Counted from the stretch's first letter, positions 1 through 15,497 are shown. The stretch: DNA of 64,000 nucleotides from Octopus vulgaris (GCA_951406725.2 OX597827.1:37324001-37388000); one strand, 5' to 3'. The notes: generated from the letters alone by a model not told the origin. Program-made: numbers and translations.

Positions 1-392
1 ATCCTACGTCCTACTTGCCTAGAACCTGTCCTCTGAACCACCCCTCCCACTGGTGCTCCCCTATATTTCTGCACCCCCCACCACCATTATAGGTGTCTAC
101 TCATTGAACCCCCTCTTCAATACACTATTTCACCATGCATTACCCCTCTCTCGATATCCTACGTCCTACTTGCCTAGAACCTGTCCTCTGAACCACCCCT
201 CCCACTGGTGCTCCCCTATATTTCTGCACCCCCCCACCACCATTATAGGTGTCTACTCATTGAACCCCCCTCTTCAATACGCTATTTCACCATGCATTAC
301 CCCTCTCTCGATATCCTACGTTCTAGTTGCCTAGTACCTGTCCTCTGATCCACCCCTCCCGCTGGTGCTCCCCTATATTTCTGAACCCCCCC
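1..392 (+). repeat. ~155-157 bp tandem repeat (about 2.5 units in window), fused to an RTE 3' tail
   Basis: The unit ATCCTACGTCCTACTTGCCTAGAACCTG... restarts at 1, 156 and 313. Confidence 0.9.
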
Positions 393-641
393 ATAAAAAA
401 AAGCACCATCCGAACGTGGCCGATGCCAGACCCCTCTGGCACCTGTGCAGGTGGCACGTAAAAACACCCACTACACTCGCGGAGTGGTTGGCGTTAGAAA
501 GGGCATCCAGCTGTAGAAACACTGCCAGACTAGACTGGAGCCTGGGGCAGTCCCGAGCTCCCCAGACCCCGGTCGAAACCGTCCAACTCGTGCTAGCGCG
601 GAAAACGGACGCTAAACGATGACGATGATGATGATGATGAT
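393..641 (+). mobile_element. RTE-LINE 3' tail / RTE-dependent SINE-like copy ending in (ATG)n
   Basis: Matches the 3' UTR of the RTE at 44900-45128 (GGCACGTAAAAA...GGCATCCAGC...AACGGACGCTAAACGATGATG). Confidence 0.85.
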
Positions 642-1469
642 GTATATATATATATAATGTGTGCATTACGTAGTCGGTCGATTCAGCTGAAAATATGCAC
701 ACCTATGTTAAAGGTGCTGACAAGTTTGCATGACAACTATTTTTTTCCTCAAATGAAAGGCGTCACCTCTAGGACAAAATTCCTCATCTTATAAAATGTG
801 GCCCCAGTAGACCCGAATGAAATCGGGTTATATTAACCAAAATGTGAAAAGGGGTCTAAATGGGGCTGGAAGGGGATTAAAATTTCAAGGAGCGGGTGTT
901 TAGGAATTCTATGTTACATCAAGCTAAAAAATTTGCGCCATCCTTTTAATTGTCAATGTGTTGCCGTCCATGATAAAGAAGTTTTGAATGCTTGCCATGG
1001 TGAGTCTACTGTCGTGAGAAAGAATCACTTCAAAACTTGGTGTTTACGAATTTTCTTTTACATCAAGTTCAAAATTTTACGCCAGCTGTTAAACTGTCAC
1101 TACGTTGCTGTCCGTCGTTAACAAATGCCAGCCATGGTGACTCTACTATCCTCAGATTCTATCCCTTCAAACTTTGGTTTCCAATATTTTATTATTTTTA
1201 TTCAGCTCGCAAGTTCGTCTGTCCCTTTTAAATGTTAGCGTTTTGCTGTCTGCCTTCAAGCAGACCTTTCCATTGCCACTGCCTCATATTTCTGATTGAT
1301 CTTTCTAAATATTTTATTTCTCAACTTACTCAAGATCTTCTGTTGTTTATAAATGGGAGAGAGATAGATAAAGATAGAGAGTAAGAGCTAGCGAGGGAGA
1401 GTCCGAGAGAAAAGAAAAGTAAGAGAGTGGGAAAGTGAGAGAGAAAGGAGAGAGAAACAAATACGGAGG

Positions 1470-1775
1470 ATCATCATCATCATCGTTAAACGTCTGTTTT
1501 CCGTGCTAGCACGGGTTGGGCAGTGCGACCGGGGTCTCGGAAGCCAGGAGACTGCACCAGGCTCCAGTCTGATCTGGCAGTGTTTCTACAGGTGGATGAC
1601 CTTCCTAACGCCAACTACTCTGTGAGTATAGTGGGTGCTTTTTTCGTGCCGTCGGCACTGGTGCCAGGGGGCTCGCAGTGGCAACGATCAGTTGGTGCTT
1701 TTTACGTGCCACCGGCACAGAAGCAAGTCAAGGCAGTGCTGCAATCGGCCACGTTCGGATGGGGCATTTTATGTG
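1470..1775 (-). mobile_element. RTE 3' tail copy
   Basis: (CAT)n followed by the reverse complement of the RTE 3' UTR. Confidence 0.8.
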
Positions 1776-1843
1776 CTGAAAGGAAGCAACAGAAAGTAAC
1801 AACCACACTCTTACCCGCGCGTAGAGCGAGTCACCTTCAGCTA

Positions 1844-1888
<45 letters not shown>

Positions 1889-1962
1889 CACACACACACA
1901 CACAAGCACACATGCACTAGAACAGATTAAACACCTTCATAATTGCACTCAAATATTTATCA

Positions 1963-1997
<35 letters not shown>

Positions 1998-3115
1998 CAT
2001 ATATACACAAACACACACTCATATATTCAGGATGGACTTCTTTCTGTTTCTGTCTACAAAAGCCACTCACAAAGCTTTGGTTATAGTAGATGACACTTGC
2101 TTAAGGTGCCACCCAGTGGGACTGAACCTGGAACCATGTAGTTGGGAAGCAAGCCTCTTATCACAAAGACTCTCCTGTTGTTATTTGGATTTGATTTTCA
2201 CTTCCTCCCTCTTAAGATCTCAAAATCCATTTTGAAATAATTCCACTTGTTTCCAACTGATAAAGCATTCATTTACATTTACTCAACAACTCAAGGGTTT
2301 TGTTTACACATTGGTCCCCAAAATGCAAGTATTCACATCCCCACCACCACCGCCACCACAAAAAAAACCCACTCTCATCATCATCATCATCTTATTCATT
2401 AGTTTCAGCTCTCATTTATTAAAAATATAATGCTTTGTGTATTGTTTTTGTTTTCCTGTACACCACCTCATTCTTTCCTCTCTCTCTCTCCCTCTCTCTC
2501 TCTCTCTTCAAATAATCACTCTGAAATCATTTGATCCTTGTTGTTCTTTTGATTTCGTTTCCCCTCCCTCCCTCTCAACATCTAACAATCTGCTTTTGTG
2601 TCACAATGGCTAAGCTGCCTTTAGACAAAAATAAATATAATTGAAACCTCTTTGCAAACTGATTACACATTCATTTACAGATTCAGGGTCATCTCAAGGG
2701 TTTTGCTTTTAAAACCCTTAGAAACTGTGGTTTTTCTAAGGAATATGCATTGTTCAGTATAAATTTCACTTTCTTCAGTCTGGATGCAAATACTTACACC
2801 AACACCACCACCACCAACAACAACAACAACAGCATTATCACCTTCGTCATCATCATCATCATCACCATCACAATCATTGTGTTATTTTGAATTTATTAAA
2901 AATAAATTTATTTATTCTATTTTTATTTCCGTTCACTGATTAAAAAGGTGAAGCAGCACCTTTGGGTGTTTTCCTTTTTCCTATCAGAATACAATCTTGG
3001 ATGTTTTCATATATTCATAAGTTCAATTAGAGGTGAGTTTCGCCTTAGTTAAGGGATGGCACCATTCAAGGAGTTGCTGGTTAAATACCTAACATGTTTA
3101 GGGAAAATGATAGGA

Positions 3116-3292
3116 AAATGGGATATACCAATACTATATTTGCATACACATGCATAAACTAAGAATATGCAAATGAAACTAATAAATTATAGTAACTAAG
3201 GAGTTTATATACAATTATAAATATTTAGGGGTGAAAAATGTATTCTTAGTTTATGCAAGTGAATGCAAATATAGTATTGGTATATCCCATTT
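3116..3292. repeat. Short foldback with ~55 bp inverted arms
   Basis: AAATGGGATATACCAATACTATATTTGCAT... pairs with ...ATGCAAATATAGTATTGGTATATCCCATTT. Confidence 0.8.
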
Positions 3293-4022
3293 ATGTTCAT
3301 TAGAAATTAAATAAATGAGGAATTATGACACATCACGAATATTTATTTCCCCACCACTGTATGTATATATTTGTTTGTCTGTGGTTGTCCACACCATGGC
3401 TTGACAACCGATGTTGGTGTGTTTACATCCCTGTAACTTTGTGGTCCAGCAACAGTGACTGACAGAATGAATACAAGGCTTACAATGAATAAGTCCTGGG
3501 GTTGATATGCCTGACTGAAGGTGGTGCTCCAACATGGCCACTGTCATGTGACTAAAACAAATAAAAGACTAAAAGAATATCTATACACACACACACACAT
3601 ATATATATACATATGTAGTATTGACCTCTAGGGTAAAGGTCACGGCCATGTAGGGGCACCACAGTATCATCGTATTCTCTATCTATCTATCTATATTTCT
3701 ATCTATATTTCTATCTATTTATCTAACCATCCATCTGTATAGATATATAAACACTCTTTTATTCTTTTACTTGTTTCAGCAATGGGACTGTGGTCATGCT
3801 GGAGCAATGCCTTAAAGGGCTTTAGCCAAACAAATTGACTCCAGGGCTTACTCTTTGAAAGCTTAGTACATATTCTGGCAGTCTTTTTTACCGAATGAAA
3901 TTACAGGGATGTAAACACACCACCATCGGTTGTCAAGTTATGATGAGGGTGGGAGGGAGGCTGACACACAGCCAGGCACACCTACATGCACATGAATCTA
4001 TATATATATATATATTTATCTA

Positions 4023-4143
<121 letters not shown>

Positions 4144-4348
4144 ATGTATATATATACATATATTTATGTCTGATGGGCTCACTTCAGTTTCCATCTGACA
4201 AAGTCCACTTACAAGGCCCGAGGTCAAAATAGAAGAGAATTGCCCTAGGTGCCATGCAGTAGGACTGAACACAGAACCCTGTGGTTGGAAAGCAAACTTC
4301 TTACCACATAGGAACACCTGTGCCTATACATTTGTGGAGCACACAAAC

Positions 4349-4385
<37 letters not shown>

Positions 4386-4597
4386 TTTTTGGGACCAATG
4401 TGTAAACAAAACACTTGAGTTGTTGAGTAAATGTAAATGAATGCTTTATCAGTTGGAAACAAGTGGAATTATTTCAAAATGGATTTTTAGATCTTAAGAG
4501 GGAGGAAGTGAAAATCGAATCCAAATAACAACAGGAGAGTCTTTGTGATAAGAGGCTTGCTTCCCAACTACATGGTTCCAGGTTCAGTCTATATATA

Positions 4598-4645
<48 letters not shown>

Positions 4646-4767
4646 ATGTGTTTATTATGGTAGTTTGACTTTAATAGTCCCTCGTAGTGTGAAGCATTTA
4701 TGTATGGTAATGCCCTGATATATAAACATATATATATGTAAATATATGTTGTATAGTTAGAATGATG

Positions 4768-4809
<42 letters not shown>

Positions 4810-4812
<3 letters not shown>

Positions 4813-5904
4813 ATTCGTATGCTCCCAGTCATCTTCCCAAATACATTCGTAAACTATGACAAGATATACTCTGACATGCGGGTTCCATTCCTTCTCTGCC
4901 GATTATATTCGTAGTCTCGTTATGTTGATTTGGGGGCATCAGTCTCACAGATTTTACTTTAGAAATCCACCCCATACGTATTCAGTTAGTCTCTTGTACT
5001 GAAGCACAAACCAAATCTAGACGTATATTTTGGGAAGGGACCCTTTGTGAGAAAATATGCAATGCATTCATATAACTGTTGTTTCTAGCAAACTTTGTAT
5101 TTAAGTTTGTGTCTGTAACTAGTTTTTTGTTGTTGTATTAATTTCATTTTAATAATTAAATGCAAATTAATGCCTAATTTAAAAATATAATTAAAAGCAT
5201 GACATATAAAATGCAACTGAATGCAAGAGCTGCTAGTAATAGCAGCCAAATTTACAGAGAAAACAGCCCCATATTGTCTCACGTAACTCCACACATAGTT
5301 ATATAGCTAGAGTTGCTTGAAATAGCAGCCAAATGCCCCTCCAATCCACTGTACTTCTGAAATTTGGTACAGTTTAAAATTCTACGCCTGTTTGTCATGC
5401 AAAACAAATCCAATACAACAGGTCCATTAAACTGTGTCATTTCATATGCTAGAAACAACAGCAAGTGTTTAGCAAAAATATATACAAAGACGGACAGAGA
5501 AAAAACTGGGAGGAAAGCAAAAACCAAAAAAGATCGAAATATATAATGTATCAATGTTAAATGTACTTGCTAGAAATAGCAGCCAAAACTCACTGAATCA
5601 CAGCTGTCTGTCTATCTATTTGTCTGTCTGTCTGTTTGTCTCTCTATTTATATAAATATATATATTTATATATATACATTCTTTTATTCTTGTACATTTA
5701 TTTATTCTTTTATTTGTTTCAGTTATTTCACTGTGGCCCTGCTGGAGCACCACCTTCCTGGGTTTCTGTCAAACAAATCTTTGTAAGTTTAGTACTTATT
5801 CTATCAGTCTCTTTTGTCAAATCAAAGTCACAGGGACATAAACAGACCAACATCGGTTGTCATACGATGGGGATGTGTGGTGTAGGGTAGACACATACAA
5901 ATGA

Positions 5905-5958
<54 letters not shown>

Positions 5959-7618
5959 TCATATAGATATACACACATACAAAAATGATGGGCTTCTTTC
6001 AGTTTCCATCTAGCAGATCCACTCACAAGGCTTTGGTTGGCTTAAGGGTCATTTAAAAGACACTTGCCTAAGGTGCCACACAGTAGGATTGAACCTGGAA
6101 ACATGTGGTTGGGAAGCAAACTTCTTATGACAGAGCCTGGCCGATGCCAGTTTGCATTACTGGTACCTGTGTCGACTCGTTTCTTCCCGATTGTCTTCCC
6201 ACACACATTCCTAAACGACACCAAGGTATACTCCAACATGTTGGTTCCATTCCTTCCTCTGCCGATTTTACTCGTTGTCTTGTTGTTTCTGTCAATTCTG
6301 GGGCACCAGTCTCAAGGATTTTATTTCAGAAAATCGACCCCAAACATATTCCCTCCGTCCCTTCTACTCAAACAACAAACTAAACCTAGGCACAAAGCTT
6401 TGGAAAGGAGACTTTATAAAAAAATATGTGATACATTCCTTTAACTGTTGTTTCTAGCTTCAACTTGTATTTAATTGTGCATTTGTAACTATTTTATAGA
6501 CTTGCTGCTAGAAATAGCAGTCAAAACTCACTGAATCACAGCTGTCTATCTATCTATTTGTCTTATATGGTTTTCCAGTTTTGTATTAATTTCTTTGGAA
6601 TAATTAAATGGAAAATGAAGTCTAATTTAGAAAAGAAAACGAAATTCATGATGTATAAGAAGTAAATGAAAGCAAGGGCTGCTAGAAATAGCAGCCAAAT
6701 CTACGTCGAAACAGCATCATACTGCCTCACGTAACTCCATCCAGATTTATATATGAGCCGATAAAAATTGAAGCCAATGAAAATGATAGCTAGATTTGTT
6801 TGAAATAGCAGCCAAATGTCCCTCCAATCTGCTGTAGTTCTGAAATTAACTTCAGTCTATAAATTCTACACCTATTTGTCACGCAAAACAAGACAAATAC
6901 AAAGGGTCCATTAAACTGAGACGTTTCCTATTCTAGAAATAACAGCAAGACTTGAGCAAAAATATATGCGAAGAAGGATACAGAAAATACTGAGAGGGAG
7001 GCAGAAAGAAAAGACATTTAAATATAGAATGTTTCAATGCTTAATGGATGCCAGAGTTACTGCTAGAAATAGCAGCCAAATCTCACATCTGTCTGTTTAT
7101 CTATCGAAGGGGTTCCCAACCTTTTTTATGCCCTGCACCCTTAAAAACCTTTAATATGTTCTCACACCCCTTAAAGTAATAGTTTATATAAGAATAAAGG
7201 TGCCTGGAGCAATTGCCGACTTTGACCCCATATAAATCCAGCCCTGCTCGCACCCCCAAGCGGTGTGTGCACCCCTGGATGGGAAACCCTGCATCTAAAT
7301 ATATTACATTCTTTTTTTCTTTTACTTGTTTCAGTTATTTGACTGCAGCCATGCTGGAGCACTGCCTTAAAGGGTTTTAGTCAAACAAATCGACCCCAGG
7401 ATTTATTCTTTGTAAGCCTAGGACTTATTCTATCAGTCTCTTTTGCCAAACTAACTTAAAGGGTTGTAAACAGACCAACATAGGTTGTCAAGTGATGGTT
7501 ATGTGGGGTGGGGTTCAGATATACACACATGAATATATATATCTATCTATCTATCTATCTAAAAATGCTTTATAGTTATTTCCCTTACAAACCCGAGCAA
7601 CGCCGGGCGATACTGCTA

Positions 7619-7676
<58 letters not shown>

Positions 7677-8101
7677 TGTATTCCTTTATTTGTTTCAGTC
7701 AATTGACTGCAGCCATGCTGGAGCACCGCCTGTAGTCAAATATAAACGGACCCCACTTCTTATTCTTTGTTTTGCCCAATACTTATTCTATCAGTCTCTT
7801 TTGCCAAATCACTAAGATACAGGGACGCAAACCCACCAAAATCGGTTGTCAAGCAAAGCTGGGGGACAAACATAAACACAAACATATACACACACACATA
7901 TATATATATAATCGAAATTGAACCAAATTCGATGACTGGCACCCGTGCCAGTGGAGCACTAACAGCACCATCCGAGTGTGATCATTGCCAGAGCAGCTGT
8001 CTGGCTCCCATGCTGGTGGCACATGAAAAGCACCATTTGAGCGTGATCGTTACCAGCATTGCCTCATTGGCACTTGTGCTGGTGACACAAAAAATATATA
8101 T

Positions 8102-8132
<31 letters not shown>

Positions 8133-8371
8133 ATATACACTCACACATATATATATATCTGTTGTACTATAGGCACGAGGCCTGAAAGTTTGGCGGGGGG
8201 GGTGTCGAGTTGATAAGATCGACTCCAATGTTTCACTGGTACTTCATTTATTGACCTTGAAAGGTTGAAATGCAAAGTTAACCCTGACGAAATTTGAACT
8301 CAGAATATAGTGACAGGTGAAAAACCGCTACGTACTTTGTCCGGTGCACTATCAATTCTGCCAGCTCACCT

Positions 8372-8459
<88 letters not shown>

Positions 8460-8470
8460 CGAGACAAAAC

Positions 8471-8510
<40 letters not shown>

Positions 8511-9600
8511 TGTATGTATGGGTATAAATATACGATGGGCTTCTTTTATTTTCCGCCAGCCAAATTCTACCCACAAGGCTTTGGTTGGCCAGATGCTGTA
8601 GTAGAAGACACTTGTCCAAGTTGTCATACAGTGGGACTGAACCCCCGAGTGTGTGGTTGGGAAACAAGCTTCTTACCACACAGCCACACCTGTATGTGAA
8701 TGCATGTTGTATAGTTAGATGGAGGGAGATATATAATATATAAGTACAAATGTATATACATAGATATCAATCCATTCGTTTGTTCCCAGTCGTCTTCCCT
8801 CACACACTCCTAAACGATGCAAAGATATTCTCCTAAATGTGGCTTCCATTCCTTCCTCTGCCGAATACATCCATACTCTTGTTGCTTATGCTGATTTAGG
8901 GGCACCAGTCTCACAGATTTTATTTCAGAAAACCGACCCCCATCCCCTATACATATTCACTCAGTCTCTTGTACTGAAGCACAAACTTTACGTAGACACA
9001 CGTTTTTGGAAAGGAAACTGTGTAAAAAGAAACATGAAATACTTCTATATAGCTGCTGTTTCTAGCATATGTAATTGTGTGTTTGTAACTAGTTTTGGTT
9101 GTTGTAATAATTTCACTGTTATACTTAAATGCAAATTAAAGTTTAATTTAATGAGAAAATTAAATTAATCGTGTGTAAAATGCAAACGAATGCCAGAGCT
9201 GCTAGATATAGCAGCCAAATCTACGTTGAAACAACATCATACCGTCTCTTCTAACTCCATACATATTTATATATTAGCTGATGAAAGCTGAAGTGTACAT
9301 GATAGCTAGAGTTGTTTGAAATAGCAGCTAAATGCCCCTCCAATTTACTGTTCTTCTGAAATTAATTGCAGTTTATAAATTGTACACCTATTTGTCACAC
9401 GACACAAATCCAATACAACAGGTCCATGAAACTGCGACATTTCATATGCTAGAAACAACAGCAAGAGTTTAGCAAAAATATATGCAAAGACGGACACAGA
9501 AAACGAGAGAAGGATGCAGAAAAAAACAAGATCTAAATATATAACGTATCAATGCTTAATGTACAGTAGACCTGCTGCAAGAAATAACAGCCAAATCTCA
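4810..9600. repeat. Three diverged copies of a ~0.8-0.9 kb block (about 4810-5610, 6170-7090, 8770-9600), separated by SINEs and microsatellites
   Basis: Collinear shared blocks TTCCATTCCTT(C)CTCTGCCGA, GGGGCA(T/C)CAGTCTCA, GGTCCAT(T/G)AAACTG and several GAAATAGCAGCCAAAT motifs. Confidence 0.8.
7558..7619 (+). mobile_element. Helitron 3' end fragment (same family as 60491-60875 and 63342-63735)
   Basis: CCCGAGCAACGCCGGG hairpin followed by CGATACTGCTAG|T. Confidence 0.75.
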
Positions 9601-10992
9601 CAGCCATCCATCCATCCATTTGTCTGTTACTCTCTTTTCTTCTCAGAATTTGGGATTAGAAATTTTCCTTGTAATCTTCACCCACATCGACATTCAGTAC
9701 CAGGGCACCCATGGAGACTTCCGCTTTCTACCATACACATATGTGATCATTCTTTGTCTAAAGAAAACAAGGCCTGGAATTCTAGTAGAGGCAACTAATT
9801 GACTCCAACGACCCTGCGTGTGAACGATTCTGTCACCTCATCGGCTTATACACACACACACACATACTATAACAGATCTATCTATCCCTCTCTCTCTCTC
9901 TCTCTCTAATTCACTTTTTACTATTAGCACAAGGCCTGCAATTACTGTGGGCAGCTAATCAATGACTTCATCCTTAGTATTTGACTGGTACTTAATTTAT
10001 TGACCCTGGAACGATGAAATGGATAAATCGACCGAGGCAGAACTTGAACTCACAACATGAAGCTATACAAAATGCGATTAAGCATTTCCTCCAGCATGGT
10101 AACGATTCTACCAATTTCCCCACTTATACACACACACACACATACACACACACACACACACACGCACACACCATAGCAACAATAATATATATCAATATAG
10201 TTGTATTAATACATCTCCTTCTAGAAATAGCAGTCAAATCTCCTGAAATCACACATCATACTGTGTAATATCTGAGGGGATTATCTGCAATGAAAGTAGG
10301 CTCGTTGGAATTACCAATTAATTACAGCGTACTCTCTTATGTGTGTCTAATGAGGCCATGCAGGACCCCTATCTGGTGACTAGACCACTTTCGGTAAATG
10401 TCGATTTAACCCGTCCCCTTAAAATTTCTGGCGTGGATGAGGAACTATAATTCTTTTTGAGGTCTGGGAGTCACTTCTTGTATATCTGTGAATATAGTTG
10501 TATCGATATTTTCTCTTGCGGAAATAGCAGTCAAATCCCTTTAAATCACACATTATAGTGTGTAATGCCTGAAGGAAATATTTGCATTGTGACTCAGTTT
10601 GTTAGAAAGAGAGAGAGAGAGAGAGAGAGAGGATGAGCGAGTGAAAAAGAAGGTGCTATATGGAGGGATCGATGGAATAAATACAAGGCTTAACACAAAG
10701 ATGTACTGGGTTCAATTCTTCGACTAGAAATTCTTCAAGGTGTTGCTCCAGCATGGCCACAGTCTAATGTCTGAAACACGTTAAAGATAAAAGATACACA
10801 CAGACACAGGCATACTTTTATGCATTTGTTTTGCCGGATTCTTCATGTGAAGTTGCGTGTTGAAAGAGACATTGTTGTATTTCATGATGGTCATGTCCTT
10901 TCTTTCATTACATAATAAATAGAGAGAGAGGGAGAGCGAGAGACAGACAGCCAGATAGATAGAGAGAGAGAGAGAGACAGACAGACAGATAG

Positions 10993-11041
<49 letters not shown>

Positions 11042-11602
11042 TGTGTGTGTGTGTGTGTGTGTGTGTAGTTTGTAAAATCTCAGGAAGTAAAGTGAGTCAG
11101 CACATCAAAGTGGCTGCTGAAGGTTACTACTAGTTTAACCCCAGGCAGATTCTCCACCAGCGGGTTATCGCTGCTACACTGCACCCTTTATATACAATAT
11201 CTTGTTAGCAGTGGTGGGGAGGGGGGTGTCGTACCTCGGTAAACTTTCAGATTAACACCCGCACGATTTTCACCAAGAAAGAAAAAAACTCAAATTTTTT
11301 GCATGGAATGAAGTACCCTGACCTCCAAATATGCTGCAAATCACTTATTATGGTTCAGAAGAAAAGGGTGCCACGACGGGGACGCACTCCCACCCCATTC
11401 CCAAATCATTGGAAATTATTATTTTTGGTTTTTGTTGGATGAATTCCTGTGACCTATTATGCTACAAAACCCTTTTTGGGTCTGCAAAACGGGGTGGGGT
11501 GAGGCAGAAGCATTGGAAATTGTACCCACTCCCAACATTTTACAGAAATAAATTTTCCAGAGTGTGAATTACATGGTTCGTTATTAAATATATATATATA
11601 CA

Positions 11603-12187
11603 TCTCTTTTATAAAATCCGTTCTGTCTGTCTGTGTGTCTTCTAGGATCTCGGGCATCCTCCATCCGATTGCGCTCAAATTTGATATGTAGATACCAATG
11701 GTATCAGGGCGTGTATCACTCTTAAAAAAATTACAAAAATCGATTCCAGGTGAGAATGTGATCGATAAATCCGTGGGAACGTGCATTTGTACGTGCTAGT
11801 ACATCAGCTGTTGCGATCGATACTACGCATACGCGAGAAAATTGCACGTGCAGTTTGCGCAAAAAAGCCGGCTGGCTTGAAATAATGCCACAAAATGCAG
11901 AATATTTAAGAGACCAAAAACGTAAGATGCAAAAGAGATATTTTCTCCAAACTTGGCATGAAGGAAGGAAAAACTATTTTGTTTCTGAAGAAGTCTTTTT
12001 TTTTTTTTTTGCCTTAATTTCGTTTAACAAAACCAAAAGTTTTATTGAAATAAAGGCATGCTTAATTATTTTTTAATGAAAAGAAAACACAGATTGCTTT
12101 TTATTCAAGGAAGAAAATATTATTTTCTTGTTAATAAATGATTTTCCATGTTTGTGTTCTCCCAGTCTACAGACTTATCATTTCTAG
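11603..12187 (+). mobile_element. Putative non-autonomous Helitron
   Basis: A|TC 5' end (TCTCTTTTATAAAATCCG...TGTCTGTCTGT), subterminal AGTCTACAGACT hairpin, and CTAG|T 3' end. Confidence 0.55.
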
Positions 12188-12454
12188 TACTTTAAACTCT
12201 TCGGTTGCATATTTGGGTGAATAAAATCGTTTTTCTTTGGAATAGAAAAAAAGTCTATCTTTATTTCTTCTTTTGCTGGTGTCTCAAATTTAGGTTAAAT
12301 CAGTGCTTCTCAAAGGGGTGGCCTATGGGACTGTCGGACAAGTTGTTTTGAGAAAATTTGGTTTAAATGTTTGACAACTCAGCACCGTCCATTGGGCGGG
12401 GAGGGGGTGTTTTGCTCGTATATACATGTGTGTGTGTGTATACATATATATATA

Positions 12455-12489
<35 letters not shown>

Positions 12490-12900
12490 CTGTGTGTGTG
12501 TGTGTATACATATATATGTGTGTGTGTATACATATATATATGTGTGTGTGTGTGTATATATATATATATGTGTGTGTGTGTATACATATATATGTGTGTG
12601 TGTATACATATATATATGTGTGTGTGTGTGTATATATATATATACATATATGTATGTGTATATATATATTCATACATATATATATTCCTGCATATATATA
12701 CATGTGTATATATATGCATATATATCTATTCATACATATATATGCATATATATACATGATATATATATATATATATATATTCATACATATACTCACACAC
12801 ACATATATATATTCATATATATATGTATGTATATATATATATATATGTATGTATGTATATATTCATACATTTACTCACACACACACACACCCACACATAT

Positions 12901-14352
12901 ATCATCATCATCGTCATTTAGCGTTCGCTTTCCATGCTAGCATGGGTTGGACGGTTCAACTGGGGTCTGGGAAGCGAGAAGGCTGCATCAGGCCCGGTCT
13001 GATCTGGCAGTGTTTCTATGGCTGGATGCCCTTCCTAACGCCAACCACTCCGTGAGTGTAGTAGGTGCTTTTTATGTGCCACCCGCACAGGTGCCAGATA
13101 GAGCTTGCAAACGTCCACGGACGGATGGTGATTTTTACGTGCCACCGACACGGGGGCCAGGCGAGTCTGGCAATGGCCACGAACGGATGGAGCTTTTACG
13201 TGCCACCGGATCGGGGGCCAGACGGGGCTGGCAAGGACCATGAACGGATGGTGCTACATGCTACCGGCACGGGGGCCAGGTGAGGCTGGCAATGGCCACG
13301 AACGGATGGTGCTTTTTACGTGCCACCAGCATGGAGGCCAGTCGGGGTGGCGCTGGCAACGGCCACGATCGGATGGTTCGCTTACTTGTCACCGGCACTG
13401 GTATCACAGCTGCGATTTCCATTGATGTTGATCGACTTTGATTTTGGTTCTGCTTTCTGATATCTGATTTGATTTGGTTTGATTTTGAATTTGATTTTTT
13501 GATTTTTTGATTTTTGATTTTCAATTGCCTCAACGGGTCTTCACAAGTGGAGTTCTGTGTCCCAAGAAGGAAAGGTATGTATAAGTCGACTGGCTACATA
13601 CCAGGTAGAGGCCACGGGTTATGGTCTCACTAGTATTGCTGGGTCTTCTCACGCACAGCATACTTCCATAGGTCTATGTCTCTAGTCATTTCCTTGGTGA
13701 GAACTAAAGTTCGGAGGTCGTGCTTCACCACCTCATCCCAGGTTTTCCTGGGTCTACCTCTTCCACAGGTTCCCTCAACTGCTAGGGTGTGGCACTTTTG
13801 CACACAACTATCTTCAGCCATTCTCGTCACATGACCATACCAGCGCAGACGTCTCTCTTGCACACCACAACTGATGCTTCTTAGGTCCAACTTTTCTTTC
13901 AAGGTACTTACACTCTGTCGATTATGAACACTGACATTACACATCCATCGGAGCATACGGGCTTCATTTCTTGCGAGCTTACACATATCCTCAGCAGTCA
14001 CAGCCCATGTTTCACTACCATGTAGCATGGCTGTACGTACACATGCATCATACAATCTGCCTTTTACTCTGAGCGAGAGGCCTTTTGTCACTAGCAGGGG
14101 TAAGAGCTCTCTAAACTTTGCCCAGGCTATTCTTACTCTAGCAGTTACACTTTCAGCACACCCACCCCCGCTACTGACTTGGTCACCTAGGTAGCGGAAG
14201 CTATCAACTACTTCTAGTTTTTCTCCCTGGAACGTGGTAGAAGTTGGTCTCTGCACATTTTCAGAGTTTATTGCTCCTGAGCATCTGCCACAGACAAAAA
14301 CTATTTTCCTAGTTAGCCTTCCTTTGACATTGCTGCACCTCTTATGTGTCCA
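12901..14352 (-). mobile_element. 5'-truncated RTE LINE (C-terminal ORF part at 13630-14352 plus 3' UTR with internal repeats and (ATG)n tail)
   Basis: The ORF is nearly identical to the C-terminus of the RTE at 43990-44724 (VVDSFRYLGD, RLRWYGHV, GRGRPRKTW). Confidence 0.95.
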
Positions 14353-14707
14353 CTGCAATCAAACAGTCACAGGCTGAATGAAAACAGAAACTGTAATGGA
14401 GTATAAATCAGATGAGGGGGAAAAATAAATAAAAGTGTTTAAAAAAAAAAGAACCAACAAAAAACAGGAGGTAATTTAGAAAAAAAGAAAGGAAAAGAAA
14501 TCCAAAGCAGAAGATTAAATAAACTTTAAAAATCCTGACAGGGAAGAAATGAAAGAACTCAGACACAACATTTGACAGTAAAAATTATAAATATAATTTA
14601 AGAGTAAATATTGCTGAGGAAGTGAAAAACAAATTTTAAAAAATACAAAAACATAAAAAAAGAGAGAGGAAAGTTTGTAATTTTATAAATGACATTAAAT
14701 TAAACAT

Positions 14708-15444
14708 TCAGACGTTTGCCAGAATCTTAAATTCTGTATCATCTTTGTTTTGTGGATTTTTCCAGATAAACTTCTTTTGAAAATTCCAAAATTTTTTCAT
14801 CACAGCCTTCTTATTACGTAGTCGGAGGCTGCCGATTTCTTTTGATTTCATTGCTTTCAGTAGGGTCAGTGGAAGCCCCTGCAACTGTGAGTGCAGGGCT
14901 GTTGGCGAGGGAAGCAATTTGAGGAGATTGGTAAGATTTTCGACAAGCTCCCAATCCAGAGTCTTTTGAAATATGTGGAGTGTCTCTAGAAGAGCAGATA
15001 AATTCTCGTTCAAAGAAATGCTTGTTACTACTTTGCTCAAAATCTGACAAATCAGTATTTTCTTTATTATGTGATCTCGATCTTCGATGTTCTAACATTC
15101 CTCTGTGTCTGCGATTACTTGAAGAATTGTTGTTATTGGCTCTCTTATCGTGATTTCTTTTGGCCACTTGTCTGTGGACCTTTGGTTTGGCACCTTCTGG
15201 CTTCATTTGATTGTCTTTAGAGATGTTAGATATTGGACTGAAAGGAGACAGACCTTTGTGACAATGGGATGACTTGAGAGGAGAAAAATACAGAGAACCA
15301 GTGTCTTGGAATGAATCAGCTGGCAAACTTTGATTGCTGTAGGAAGATTTATCTTTGCAAAGCTGATTCGTTGAATATACTGAATGAGGCACTTTTTTTA
15401 CTCTTAGCTAAAATTTGGTTGTGATTTTGTTTGGAAACAGCAGC

Positions 15445-15497
<53 letters not shown>

